Both the position numbers and the translations under genes were made by a program. Shown here piece by piece: positions 38,745 to 47,105 of a stretch of DNA of 64,000 nucleotides (position 1 is the first letter of the stretch; each line of letters begins with the position of its first letter). Below the pieces are notes generated by a model. That model made no database searches. It was not told the DNA's origin and saw only the letters and a program-made list of their open reading frames with translations. Source of the DNA: Polyangiaceae bacterium (GTDB lineage: Bacteria > Myxococcota_A > Polyangia > Polyangiales > Polyangiaceae). The stretch is from the NCBI GenBank assembly GCA_965222375.1, contig CBDCTZ010000016.1, positions 96,001 through 160,000 on the forward strand, written 5' to 3'.

Positions 38745-39587
38745 TCAGTCTCGCGCGCAGCGAAAGCCTAGATCCTCGCCCTGAAACTCCGGCGCCAGAG
38801 CGCTGCGCGCCGTGCTGCGAATGTGCCAAGGATCGTGAGCGCCACCCCGAGCGACGCGCTGTCCCGAAGCTTTCGCACCAGAACTGCGCGCCACGTACGT
38901 GTCTGCCACCCACTCGTCGACGCCACCCGCCATGTCCAAGACGCCAAAGGGACTCTCGCCTTTCGGGTGGCTGCCGACAGCGGGGCGCGGCACCTTGCAC
39001 GTAGTGTAGTGGGCAAGTTGGCAGCTCGGCTTGGCGTTGCCCCAAGGATAAGTGCGCCCGTCGCTGCCGCGGGCCGCCTTCTCCCACTCCGCTTCACTGG
39101 GCAAGCGCCCGCCGATGAACGCGCAATAGGCTCGAGCTTCACTCCAACTCACACCGACCACGGCATGCTTCGGTTTCCGTTTTGGTTGGAAGGCATGGGT
39201 GGGGATCGTGCAGCGCCCGGCGTCGATACACTTCTGATAGTCAGCCTGGGTGACCTCGGTGCGTTGGATGCGAAAGCGGCCCAGGTGGCGCTTTTGTTTG
39301 GGGCGCTCCTCTTCGGGACAATGGGTGCCGGGCGCCGGATCACAGCCAAAGCTGAATTCACCGGCAGGCACAGAAACCCAATCGGAAGCGGACACAGCCG
39401 CGGACGACGATGGCGCGGGCGGCGCAGGCCATTTTGGTGCAGCGATTGCGGAGCTGGCAGACGTGGGCGCGATGGTAGACGCCGCGACTTGGGTCGCCGC
39501 TGACTTGTCGGACGGTTTGTCCTTGTCGCAGCCGACGGCGCAGAAGATCCCCGCGCCTACAGCGATAGCTCGCAACCCTGGCGTCAC
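38745..39587 (-). CDS. FGE-sulfatase (SUMF1-like) domain lipoprotein
   Basis: Lipobox AVGC; TEVT, RLPSEAEWEKAARG, YPWG, DMAGGVDEW, RGG, LGFRCAR. Confidence 0.9.
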   Translation of the reverse strand: MTPGLRAIAVGAGIFCAVGCDKDKPSDKSAATQVAASTIAPTSASSAIAAPKWPAPPAPSSSAAVSASDWVSVPAGEFSFGCDPAPGTHCPEEERPKQKRHLGRFRIQRTEVTQADYQKCIDAGRCTIPTHAFQPKRKPKHAVVGVSWSEARAYCAFIGGRLPSEAEWEKAARGSDGRTYPWGNAKPSCQLAHYTTCKVPRPAVGSHPKGESPFGVLDMAGGVDEWVADTYVARSSGAKASGQRVARGGAHDPWHIRSTARSALAPEFQGEDLGFRCARD

Positions 39588-39659
39588 GCGAGCAGCCTAC
39601 CCCTCAAAGGCATGACTCGGGAATCCGAGCGAAGAGTCGCGCGTTGTCGCGTGGGAGCA

Positions 39660-40835
39660 ATGGGGCTGACTCGGCGAGAGTGGCTTGCGGCAGCGGCGGC
39701 TGCAAGCTGCAGCGTTTCGGAACGGGCCGGGCGCCAAAAGCGAACGCTGGCCGCCCGAAAGCCCCGCCCAACCCGCGCCCCGATCCAATCGGGACACTCC
39801 CTGCTGAAAGCGCGCCACCCGAGCCTCGGGCTTGCCCACCTGACTTTGGGTGAATTTCCAACTCGCTGTGAACACGCCAAACAGCTGAGTCGTAAGCTCG
39901 GTCTCGAGCTGTGGGTCAAGCGTGACGATCTGGCCAGCACCTTCTTCGGTGGCGGCAAGGTGCGCAAGCTCGAGTTGCTCCTCGCCGACGCCCGGCAGCA
40001 GAAGCGAACATCGGTTGTCACCTTCGGCGGCGCCGGCTCCAACCAATGCTTGGCCACCGCGCTCTTCGCGCCGCGCGCCGGACTGAAAGCCGAAATCGTG
40101 CTCGCGCCGCAACCCCCGTCGACCCACGTGGCCGCCCAGCTCCGCGCCATGGCAAACACCCACGCGCAGATCCACTTCGCCGCTGAGGTCGGACGCGCCG
40201 AAGCCGAAGCCACCGCAGCCATGGGGCGAGATCCGAAAGCACCCGCCGCCATCCCCGCGGGCGGAACCAATGCCCTCGGCAACCTAGCCTACGTGAGCGC
40301 CGCGCTGGAATTGGACGCCCAGATCCGCGGCGGCCTGTTACCCGAACCGAGCTGGATCGTCATCGCAGCGGGTACTCTCGGCAGCGCGGTTGGCCTCTCC
40401 CTGGGCCTGACGCTCACGAAGCGCAAGACGCGCGTGCTCGCAGTCCGAGCCTCGAGCCAAAACTACTCCAACATGGCTCGCGCTCGTGCGTTGTACGAAG
40501 AGACCGCGCGCTTTGCATCCACGCGCGACGCCACATTCCCCAAACCAAGCTTCGACCCGCAGCGCCTGGTACTGGAATCTCGGGAGCTCGGCGGCGGCTA
40601 CGGTCGCGCGACTCCCGCGGGCGATGACGCCACGCGCATCGCCACCGATCTCGAAGGCTACCACCTCGAACCCACCTACACCGCCAAAGCCCTCGCCGCG
40701 CTGATCCGCACCGACCGGCTCGCCACGCCAGGACCCATCTTGCTCTGGCTCACCCAAAGCGCGGCGTCGCCACCCCAATCCGCCACCCCGAAACAACGCC
40801 TCCCCCGCGAACTGCACGCCTATCTAGACACCTGA
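39660..40835 (+). CDS. PLP-dependent D-cysteine desulfhydrase-like enzyme with Tat signal
   Basis: WVKRDD...GGGKVRKLE, GSNQ, PAGG, AAGTLGS, LEPTYTAKA; N-terminal LTRREWLAAAAAASC. Confidence 0.82.
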   Translation: MGLTRREWLAAAAAASCSVSERAGRQKRTLAARKPRPTRAPIQSGHSLLKARHPSLGLAHLTLGEFPTRCEHAKQLSRKLGLELWVKRDDLASTFFGGGKVRKLELLLADARQQKRTSVVTFGGAGSNQCLATALFAPRAGLKAEIVLAPQPPSTHVAAQLRAMANTHAQIHFAAEVGRAEAEATAAMGRDPKAPAAIPAGGTNALGNLAYVSAALELDAQIRGGLLPEPSWIVIAAGTLGSAVGLSLGLTLTKRKTRVLAVRASSQNYSNMARARALYEETARFASTRDATFPKPSFDPQRLVLESRELGGGYGRATPAGDDATRIATDLEGYHLEPTYTAKALAALIRTDRLATPGPILLWLTQSAASPPQSATPKQRLPRELHAYLDT

Positions 40836-40857
40836 GGCTTTCCGCAGGCACGCGGAA

Positions 40858-40880
40858 CTTATATGCATAATGCATATAAG
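40858..40880. repeat. AT-rich palindrome sharing its core with 27715-27737
   Basis: CTTATATGCAT-A-ATGCATATAAG. Confidence 0.93.
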
Positions 40881-41237
40881 CCTTGGCTTGGTTTTATTTT
40901 AGGTTGGATGTGCCGGACCCTTGCGTCATCGGCACCTCGCCCGGTGCGCCGGGGGCGCGGTAGAGCTCCCGTCACCGTCCCACCCCGGCGGCTCATGATT
41001 CCACACAGCTTGATGGGTGAGGCCTGGCGGCTTGGCGGTTTTCTTCCCAGGCTTTCAGCCAAGAGGTGCGCCACCCCGGCGGATCGGACCGAGATCTGTA
41101 CGAGCACGACGGCGGGCCTCGTGGGAGCGAACATGCGCGTCTGGGCAGCGAGGACGAAGGCAGCTCTGTTGCCAACAAAAAAACAAACTCCCGGACGCTG
41201 CCCCTTGCCGAAATACTCGTTGGCACCATGACCTCGC

Positions 41238-42164
41238 TTGATATTGGTGGGTCGAGTGAAGTTGACACTGAGATCAGCCAGCTGGGTTGCGTTCCTGGCT
41301 CTCGCCACGGTCGCTTCGTCGGCCGAGGCCGAAGAAAAGGCACCCACCGCAGGGACCGAACACCGGCTGGTGTGGCAACCCGAGTGGCGTCGCTTCGACC
41401 TGATCGAGTACGTGGCCACCGCCGCGATCGTGGGCGCGTACTATGCGGTCGAGCTCGAAGCGCCCAAGCCAACCGAGGCCAATTGGTCGGGCGGGGTATT
41501 GATCGATGACGGTGTACGAAGCCCCATCGTGGGTTCAACCCGTGATGCGAGGAATCGCGCTGCGGATTTCGGCGACTTGCTGTTCCTTGTGCCGCCGGCT
41601 TGGGCGATCTTGGACGGCATCATCACCCCCTTGGCGACGGACCGCGGCAATCTCGAGGTTGCGTGGCAGATGACCGCGATGAACATTCAAGCCGTCGGGT
41701 TCGTGGGCCTGCTGACCCGGGCGGGCCATCGCTACATCGCCCGGGAGCGCCCGGACGTAAGTGATTGCGAGAAGGACAAGAGCTACAACCAAGTTTGTCT
41801 TCGCGGTTCCTACGCGAGCTTCCCCAGTGGTCACACCTCCGCCGCGGGCGTGGGCGCGGGGTTGATCTGCGCGCACCACCTGAACTTGCCGCTCTATGGC
41901 GGGGGCGCCCCGGATATCCTCACGTGTGGCGTCAATGTCGGGATGATGGCGCTGATCGGCTACTCGCGCCTCGTCGCCGACCGCCACTACGTGAGCGACG
42001 TCGTCGTTGGCGCGGGGCTCGGCTTTGGCGCCGGGTTCGCCCTGCCCGTCTTGCTGCACTACCAAGGCGTTGGAACCGGCTACACGGATGCCGGTCTGCG
42101 TTGGACCGTCGCGCCCTATGGAACAGAGGAAGGAGGCGGCCTGCAGCTAGTAGGAGGCTTCTGA
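41238..42164 (+). CDS. PAP2-family phosphatase
   Basis: RERP, SFPSGHTS, SRLVADRHYVSDV; start codon uncertain. Confidence 0.88.
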   Translation: MILVGRVKLTLRSASWVAFLALATVASSAEAEEKAPTAGTEHRLVWQPEWRRFDLIEYVATAAIVGAYYAVELEAPKPTEANWSGGVLIDDGVRSPIVGSTRDARNRAADFGDLLFLVPPAWAILDGIITPLATDRGNLEVAWQMTAMNIQAVGFVGLLTRAGHRYIARERPDVSDCEKDKSYNQVCLRGSYASFPSGHTSAAGVGAGLICAHHLNLPLYGGGAPDILTCGVNVGMMALIGYSRLVADRHYVSDVVVGAGLGFGAGFALPVLLHYQGVGTGYTDAGLRWTVAPYGTEEGGGLQLVGGF

Positions 42165-42184
42165 GTTCGTGGTACATTGATGGG

Positions 42185-43378
42185 ATGCTGCGACGGGCGC
42201 TGCTGATCATGCTGCTGGGCGGCGCTCAGGCTTGTACGACCTTGCTGGGCGTCGACGGCGACTACGAAAACCAGGGCGCCGATGGGGGCGCGGGGGTCGC
42301 GGGGGCCGCGGGAGGTTTCGGCGGAGGCGTCGGCGCGACCGCGGGCATTGGCGGCAGTGCGAGCGGCGGTTTGGGGGGCAGCGGCGGTGCCGCCGGCAGC
42401 GGCGGATTGGGCGGCAGCGGCGGCGGCGGCGGCGTGGGCAATACCGGCAACGAGAACTGCACCAATGGCGTGGACGACGATGGAGACGACAAGGCGGATT
42501 GCGAGGACCTGGATTGCACCAGCGCCGGGTTCCGGTGTGTCGCGCTGCCTCCCGCGGGGTTCAAAGGGCCTGTGGTGTTCGGCGAAGCAAAGACCTTGGG
42601 CGGCTGCCCCAGCGTGTTTCCAGCCGAGGCGCTGAGCGGCGGGGACTCTGCCATCGCTGGTGCCACCCAGTGCGCCAAGTGCGGCTGCGGTCCCGTCACC
42701 GGAGCAACCTGCTCCACCAGCAACGTCACGGTGGAGTACTCAGGCAACGGCAGCTGCACCAACCTTCGCTGGACGAAGAAGCCGAACTCGTCCTGCTACA
42801 AGTCCGGCTTCACCCACTGCTCGGGCGGGTGCGCCTATCCCAGCTCGGCCAAGGTGATCTTCAGCGGGCCCACGGGTTCGTCCAGCTGCACCCCGAGCAA
42901 GGCAGGCAGCGACAACTTGCCTGCACCCTCCTGGGACACGGACATGCGCCTATGCAGCGCGCCATCCGGGGGCGGATGCGGCGCAAGCCAGTGCTTGCCA
43001 CCCTCCGACGCGCCCTACTCTCGCACCTGCATCTTCGCCGCGGGCGTGGTGCCGGCATGCCCGGCGCCCTATTCCGTTCGAACACTGATGAACGTGGGCT
43101 TCGTCGATACTCGGGGCTGCTCCACCTGCGGCTGCACGCCTGGCGCGCTGTCTTGTACCGCAACGGTCAAAGACTACCTCGCGAGCACGTGCTCGAGTTC
43201 CGGAACGACCCTATCCACGAGCTGCACGCCCGTGGAAGTGAGCGGCGGCGTGGTTTCCGACACACGAAGCATCGAGGTGACGAATCTCGCTGTCGCCGGA
43301 AGTTGCACTCCCGGCGGTGGCAGCCCCACGGGGTCCGTGAGCGCCAAGGACCCCTACTCGGTGTGTTGCTTGCCCTAG
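42185..43378 (+). CDS. Cys-rich lipoprotein with Gly linker
   Basis: Lipobox AQAC; ENCTNGVDDDGDDKADCEDLDC; DTRGCSTCGC; SVCCLP end. Confidence 0.85.
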   Translation: MLRRALLIMLLGGAQACTTLLGVDGDYENQGADGGAGVAGAAGGFGGGVGATAGIGGSASGGLGGSGGAAGSGGLGGSGGGGGVGNTGNENCTNGVDDDGDDKADCEDLDCTSAGFRCVALPPAGFKGPVVFGEAKTLGGCPSVFPAEALSGGDSAIAGATQCAKCGCGPVTGATCSTSNVTVEYSGNGSCTNLRWTKKPNSSCYKSGFTHCSGGCAYPSSAKVIFSGPTGSSSCTPSKAGSDNLPAPSWDTDMRLCSAPSGGGCGASQCLPPSDAPYSRTCIFAAGVVPACPAPYSVRTLMNVGFVDTRGCSTCGCTPGALSCTATVKDYLASTCSSSGTTLSTSCTPVEVSGGVVSDTRSIEVTNLAVAGSCTPGGGSPTGSVSAKDPYSVCCLP

Positions 43379-43386
43379 GGCTCGGG

Positions 43387-44512
43387 ACGCCGACTCCATC
43401 TCGAACTCCAGTGGGGCGTAGAGCGCGGTAGCGTCGTCTGTGCTCACCGTGCGTAGTACACGCTGCCGCCGTTGGAGTAGGCAATGTGCGGCCCGCCGCT
43501 CTTATCAGCAGCAATCGCCACGAAGGTGCCTGGCGACACGGTTAGCGCCTTGTAGCCGTCGCCGGAGTTCGCGTAGTGCACGTTCTTCGTAACGTTGTCC
43601 TTGTACACGACGTGAGCGCGCCCCGTCGGGTCGAAGGAGACATCGCAGTAGTAAGAAGAGTTCGAGGTTACGGTGTCCGTCGTCCAGCTCGAGCCGGCGC
43701 GCGCCAGCTTCACACCAACCGAAGGAGCGCAATACAGGACACCGCGGTGCGTGCCCTCGATATCCAGAGTCGTGGCGGCGCCCTTGATGCCCGAGGCGAT
43801 CACTGCGGAGCTGTACTTCACTCCGTCGTGGACGACTTCTTTGATGCCACCGTAGGAGTCGTCATAGCCGACGTGCAGCTTGCCCGCCGCGTCAACGCCC
43901 GCTCCAAAGCGCGGCCCGGCGTAGCCATGAGCGCCCAGGTAGTCCCAACCGCTACCCGAGTATTTGTAGGCGCGCGTGTCACCACCGTTGTTCGAGTAGT
44001 CGCCGTTCCAAGATAGAAACACGCCTCCGGCTCCTGCAACGATCCGACTCGTTGACGAGCAGCAGCCTGGATTCGTCACGTCGTCGATGGAAAAGCCCGT
44101 CGGCGAAGGGCGCGCGACTTTCAGGCGAAACGTAGCTTCGTAGGTTTGGTAGGCGACCCATGGAGACTGCGTGCCGTCGAGGGCGATCGTCGCATGGCGG
44201 TAGGCCGCCGTGTCGATGACCTTCCTGGTCCAGGTGCCTCCGCTCTTCTTGGCGTAGTCCGCGACCCAACCGGGAACCGGGATGATCCTGTGTTCGCATC
44301 GCACGCATCACGTCGCGCCGCGCAATCGGCGTGCCGACGGATGGAACACCACAAACCGTAGGGATTTTACCAGGCCTCACAGCTGGCCGTGGCACGCCGT
44401 GCCCGATCAAGCTCGAGGCTGGAGCGCACCTGCCCCACTAGAGTCAGGCGGGCCGCGGCTACGCCGACTCCATTTCGATCTCCACGGGGACGTAGAGCGC
44501 GGTCGTGTCGTC
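43387..44512. repeat. Imperfect 52-bp direct repeat (kinase 3' end) flanking ~1 kb
   Basis: 43387-43438 vs 44461-44512, 45/52 identical by manual alignment. Confidence 0.9.
43444..44304 (-). CDS. Beta-propeller-like protein, probably 5'-truncated
   Basis: Repeated blades ALDGTQSPWVAY, VDAAGKLHVGY, FDPTGRAHVVY, ADKSGGPHIAY; no signal peptide. Confidence 0.6.
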   Translation of the reverse strand: MRCEHRIIPVPGWVADYAKKSGGTWTRKVIDTAAYRHATIALDGTQSPWVAYQTYEATFRLKVARPSPTGFSIDDVTNPGCCSSTSRIVAGAGGVFLSWNGDYSNNGGDTRAYKYSGSGWDYLGAHGYAGPRFGAGVDAAGKLHVGYDDSYGGIKEVVHDGVKYSSAVIASGIKGAATTLDIEGTHRGVLYCAPSVGVKLARAGSSWTTDTVTSNSSYYCDVSFDPTGRAHVVYKDNVTKNVHYANSGDGYKALTVSPGTFVAIAADKSGGPHIAYSNGGSVYYAR

Positions 44513-45475
44513 GTCGGCAAAGGGATTGTCGGACGAGACTTCTCGATGCGACACGCTTTGAGAGGAATCCACCATCCGAGTCAGCTCTAGGCCGAGATCG
44601 CGATCCGCAGGCCAGCCCCGGCCTGCTGCCGCATCCGCGAATAGCAGAGCCAGGCTTCGAACGCTGAAAGGGCGACGATTGGGGTCGCGCTGCAGGCAGG
44701 CCATCACGACGCTGGCGATGCTTTCGGGTACGGACGGCGCTTCTTCGGAGAGATATGGGATCTCCGCCCGCATGACTTGGGCGATGGTTTCACCGAAGTT
44801 GTGCGTCGAAAACAAGCGCCTTCCCGCAAGAGCTTCCCAGGCCATGACGCCCAACCCCCAAACGTCTGCACGGTGATCGACCTCCCGCGGCGACGCGACC
44901 TGCTCCGGGGATAGATATGCGGGTGTTCCTTTGACCTTGCCGGCCTGGGTCCGACACTGCCGCTTGCGAGCGCGCGACGCAGACAAGTCGATCAGCTTGA
45001 CGCGGCCGTCGTAGCCAACGAGCACGTTGTTGGGCTTGACGTCGCGGTGCACGATATGGAGCGGGCGGCCGCGAGAGTCGGTTGCCGAATGCGCAGCGTG
45101 AAGACCCGCAGCAACTCGCGCTAGCACGGCATAGTGAAACCCGTGGGGAACCAAACGCTGAGATCGCCAGCTCGCGCTGAGGATCGACGCGTAGGTGCGA
45201 CCGTCGACAGCCTCGACGGCGATGTACGGAATACCCTGCCAGGTACCTCGAGACACGAAACGGACGACGTTGGGGTGATCGATGCGATCGAGAGCGCGGG
45301 CCTCGTCATAGAGCATGGCGTGGGCCTCGGGTCGCACCGCCAGTTCCGGGTGAAGCAACTTCAGGGCGTAGCGAGGACGCTGGTCGTCCTGGACGTCGGC
45401 GACGATGTACACCGTGGACACGCCGCCTTGCCCAACGGCCCGCAGCACTAGGTACTCGTTGACCATGTCACCCAT
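44459..45475 (-). CDS. Soluble Ser/Thr kinase with atypical DLS in place of DFG
   Basis: GQGGVSTV, YALK, HRDVKPNN, KLIDLSAS, GTPAYLSPE, DVWGLG. Confidence 0.88.
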   Translation of the reverse strand: MGDMVNEYLVLRAVGQGGVSTVYIVADVQDDQRPRYALKLLHPELAVRPEAHAMLYDEARALDRIDHPNVVRFVSRGTWQGIPYIAVEAVDGRTYASILSASWRSQRLVPHGFHYAVLARVAAGLHAAHSATDSRGRPLHIVHRDVKPNNVLVGYDGRVKLIDLSASRARKRQCRTQAGKVKGTPAYLSPEQVASPREVDHRADVWGLGVMAWEALAGRRLFSTHNFGETIAQVMRAEIPYLSEEAPSVPESIASVVMACLQRDPNRRPFSVRSLALLFADAAAGRGWPADRDLGLELTRMVDSSQSVSHREVSSDNPFADDDTTALYVPVEIEMESA

Positions 45476-45667
45476 GGTTGGCAGATCTGAGGCTAGGCCC
45501 TGGCGTCGCATGTTTTCGCTCCGTTCCGGCGCGCTGCACCTGACTCCGAGCTTTGCAGCGTGCGTACCAAGCGCGGATTGGACAAAAGCCCGAAAATAGC
45601 AGTGAAGCCGGTCTGCTAGCCCAGACCGGCTGTGGGGCGGAGAGCACCAACCCCGGGGCGCTGGCCC

Positions 45668-46408
45668 CTACTCGACGTCTACTTCGAGCTGTTTCGAGAT
45701 CCGGCGCACGCCAGCGTGCACGGCGCTGCGGACCTGCGAAATGTAGTCGGCCCAGGCGGCGTCAGAGCCGGAAGCCCCAGCCTTGGCGGCGACAGCTTCG
45801 CTGCTCTCCGCTTGTATCGCCGCCGTGCACAGGACGGCCAGCTTGCCCATCTCGGCGATGTAAAGCGTACCCGCGAACACGCCGCCCTCGTACTTGTCGC
45901 CTTTCAGCACGGGGCCTTTGCGGGTCTCGGCCTGCAACACGCCAACGTGGGTGTAGTCGCGCTCGAGCTTCTTGGCGTTCCACAGCGCGTCGATGACTTC
46001 CTGCTTGGTCGAAGCTCGGGCCGCAGGCGCCAAGATGCGGAAAGACGGCGTGGTCAGTCCTTTGAACCGCGCGCCTTGGCCGGAATACCAATCCGAGTCC
46101 GGGCGCACGAAGCGCTCGAGGAAACCGCGTTCGACAACCACAAGGCGCCCGGGGTCGCCCTTCAACGCCTTGGCAATCTGCGCGTCTGGGCACGGTTTGT
46201 CTGACGGCTCGGCGCTAGCGGGCACCGCCTGGAACAACTTCGCAAGTCGAGCGTCCCGGGCGAGTAGCGCCTGCCGGTTTTCATCTCGCTCCGGACTGGC
46301 ACTGGGCTCCGACCCGGATTCGCTTTTGGAGCATGCCCATGGGCCACTGATCAGGCATGCGAGCGCTGACATCCGAACCGCACTGCCCAGACCTTTCACA
46401 CCATTCAT
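45668..46408 (-). CDS. Hypothetical lipoprotein
   Basis: Putative lipobox PWAC followed by a globular domain; start uncertain. Confidence 0.6.
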   Translation of the reverse strand: MNGVKGLGSAVRMSALACLISGPWACSKSESGSEPSASPERDENRQALLARDARLAKLFQAVPASAEPSDKPCPDAQIAKALKGDPGRLVVVERGFLERFVRPDSDWYSGQGARFKGLTTPSFRILAPAARASTKQEVIDALWNAKKLERDYTHVGVLQAETRKGPVLKGDKYEGGVFAGTLYIAEMGKLAVLCTAAIQAESSEAVAAKAGASGSDAAWADYISQVRSAVHAGVRRISKQLEVDVE

Positions 46409-46526
46409 CCAGCTCGAGCACTTCAAGCTCAACGCCGTGAGATTAGCGGCTTTTCGGGGGACGCGGGAAGCAGTGTGACGGGCCTCGCTCTGTCGCGCTG
46501 ACGCGCTTTCGTCTAGCGTAGCGGGC

Positions 46527-47078
46527 ATGAGATCGACCATCGCTGCGTTGGCACTCCTCTGCGTCGCCTTGTCGGGGTGCAAGAAGGATCCCAAAGCGGG
46601 TGAGGCCTGCAAGACCGAGGGCGAGGCTGCCTGTAAAGACAAGACGGGTATCCTGACCTGCAAGAGCGGCAAGTGGGAAGAGGTCGCCTGCAAAGGGCCC
46701 ACCGGGTGCGCGGCCCAGGGTACCATTGTGAAGTGCGATGAATCCCTGGCTCAGGAGGGCGACGCCTGCGGCAACCCCGATGGGGATCACTACTCCTGCT
46801 CCGTGGACAAGACCCACGAGCTGAAGTGCGAGGCCGGCAAGTGGAAGAAGATCGGCAAGTGCGGTGGTCCGAAGGGCTGCGTACCGGGCGCGGTCATGAT
46901 CGACTGCGACAATAGCGTTGCCGCCGTTGGCGATCTCTGCGGCAAGGACGGCGACGCCGCCTGCGCGACGGACAAGAAGTCCATCCTGGAGTGCAAGGGC
47001 GGCAAGTTCGCCGAATCGCAGAAGTGCGAAGAAAGCACCTCCTGCAAGTCCGAGGGCTTGTTCGTGAAGTGCGAGTGA
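46527..47078 (+). CDS. Cys-rich repeat lipoprotein
   Basis: Lipobox LSGC; three GxAC...C...LxC..GK(W/F)...C repeats. Confidence 0.85.
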   Translation: MRSTIAALALLCVALSGCKKDPKAGEACKTEGEAACKDKTGILTCKSGKWEEVACKGPTGCAAQGTIVKCDESLAQEGDACGNPDGDHYSCSVDKTHELKCEAGKWKKIGKCGGPKGCVPGAVMIDCDNSVAAVGDLCGKDGDAACATDKKSILECKGGKFAESQKCEESTSCKSEGLFVKCE

Positions 47079-47105
47079 GCCGCTAGCCTCGTCCCTCAGG
47101 GCGGC

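Noticed and set aside
38650..39587. Diversity-generating retroelement (FGE-type target plus nearby repeat)
   Set aside because: Differences are not adenine-specific, the repeat is short and eroded, and no reverse transcriptase is in the window.
39660..40835. ACC deaminase (acdS)
   Set aside because: Has YT rather than the diagnostic YE; closer to D-cysteine desulfhydrase-like proteins.
40858..40890. dif site (GCATAATGCATA resembles the XerC arm and spacer)
   Set aside because: The XerD arm TTATGTTAAAT is absent; the palindrome shared with 27715-27737 explains it better.
40881..41237. ncRNA or gene in the long intergenic stretch after the second palindrome
   Set aside because: No recognisable RNA family motif or convincing ORF; may be eroded coding sequence.
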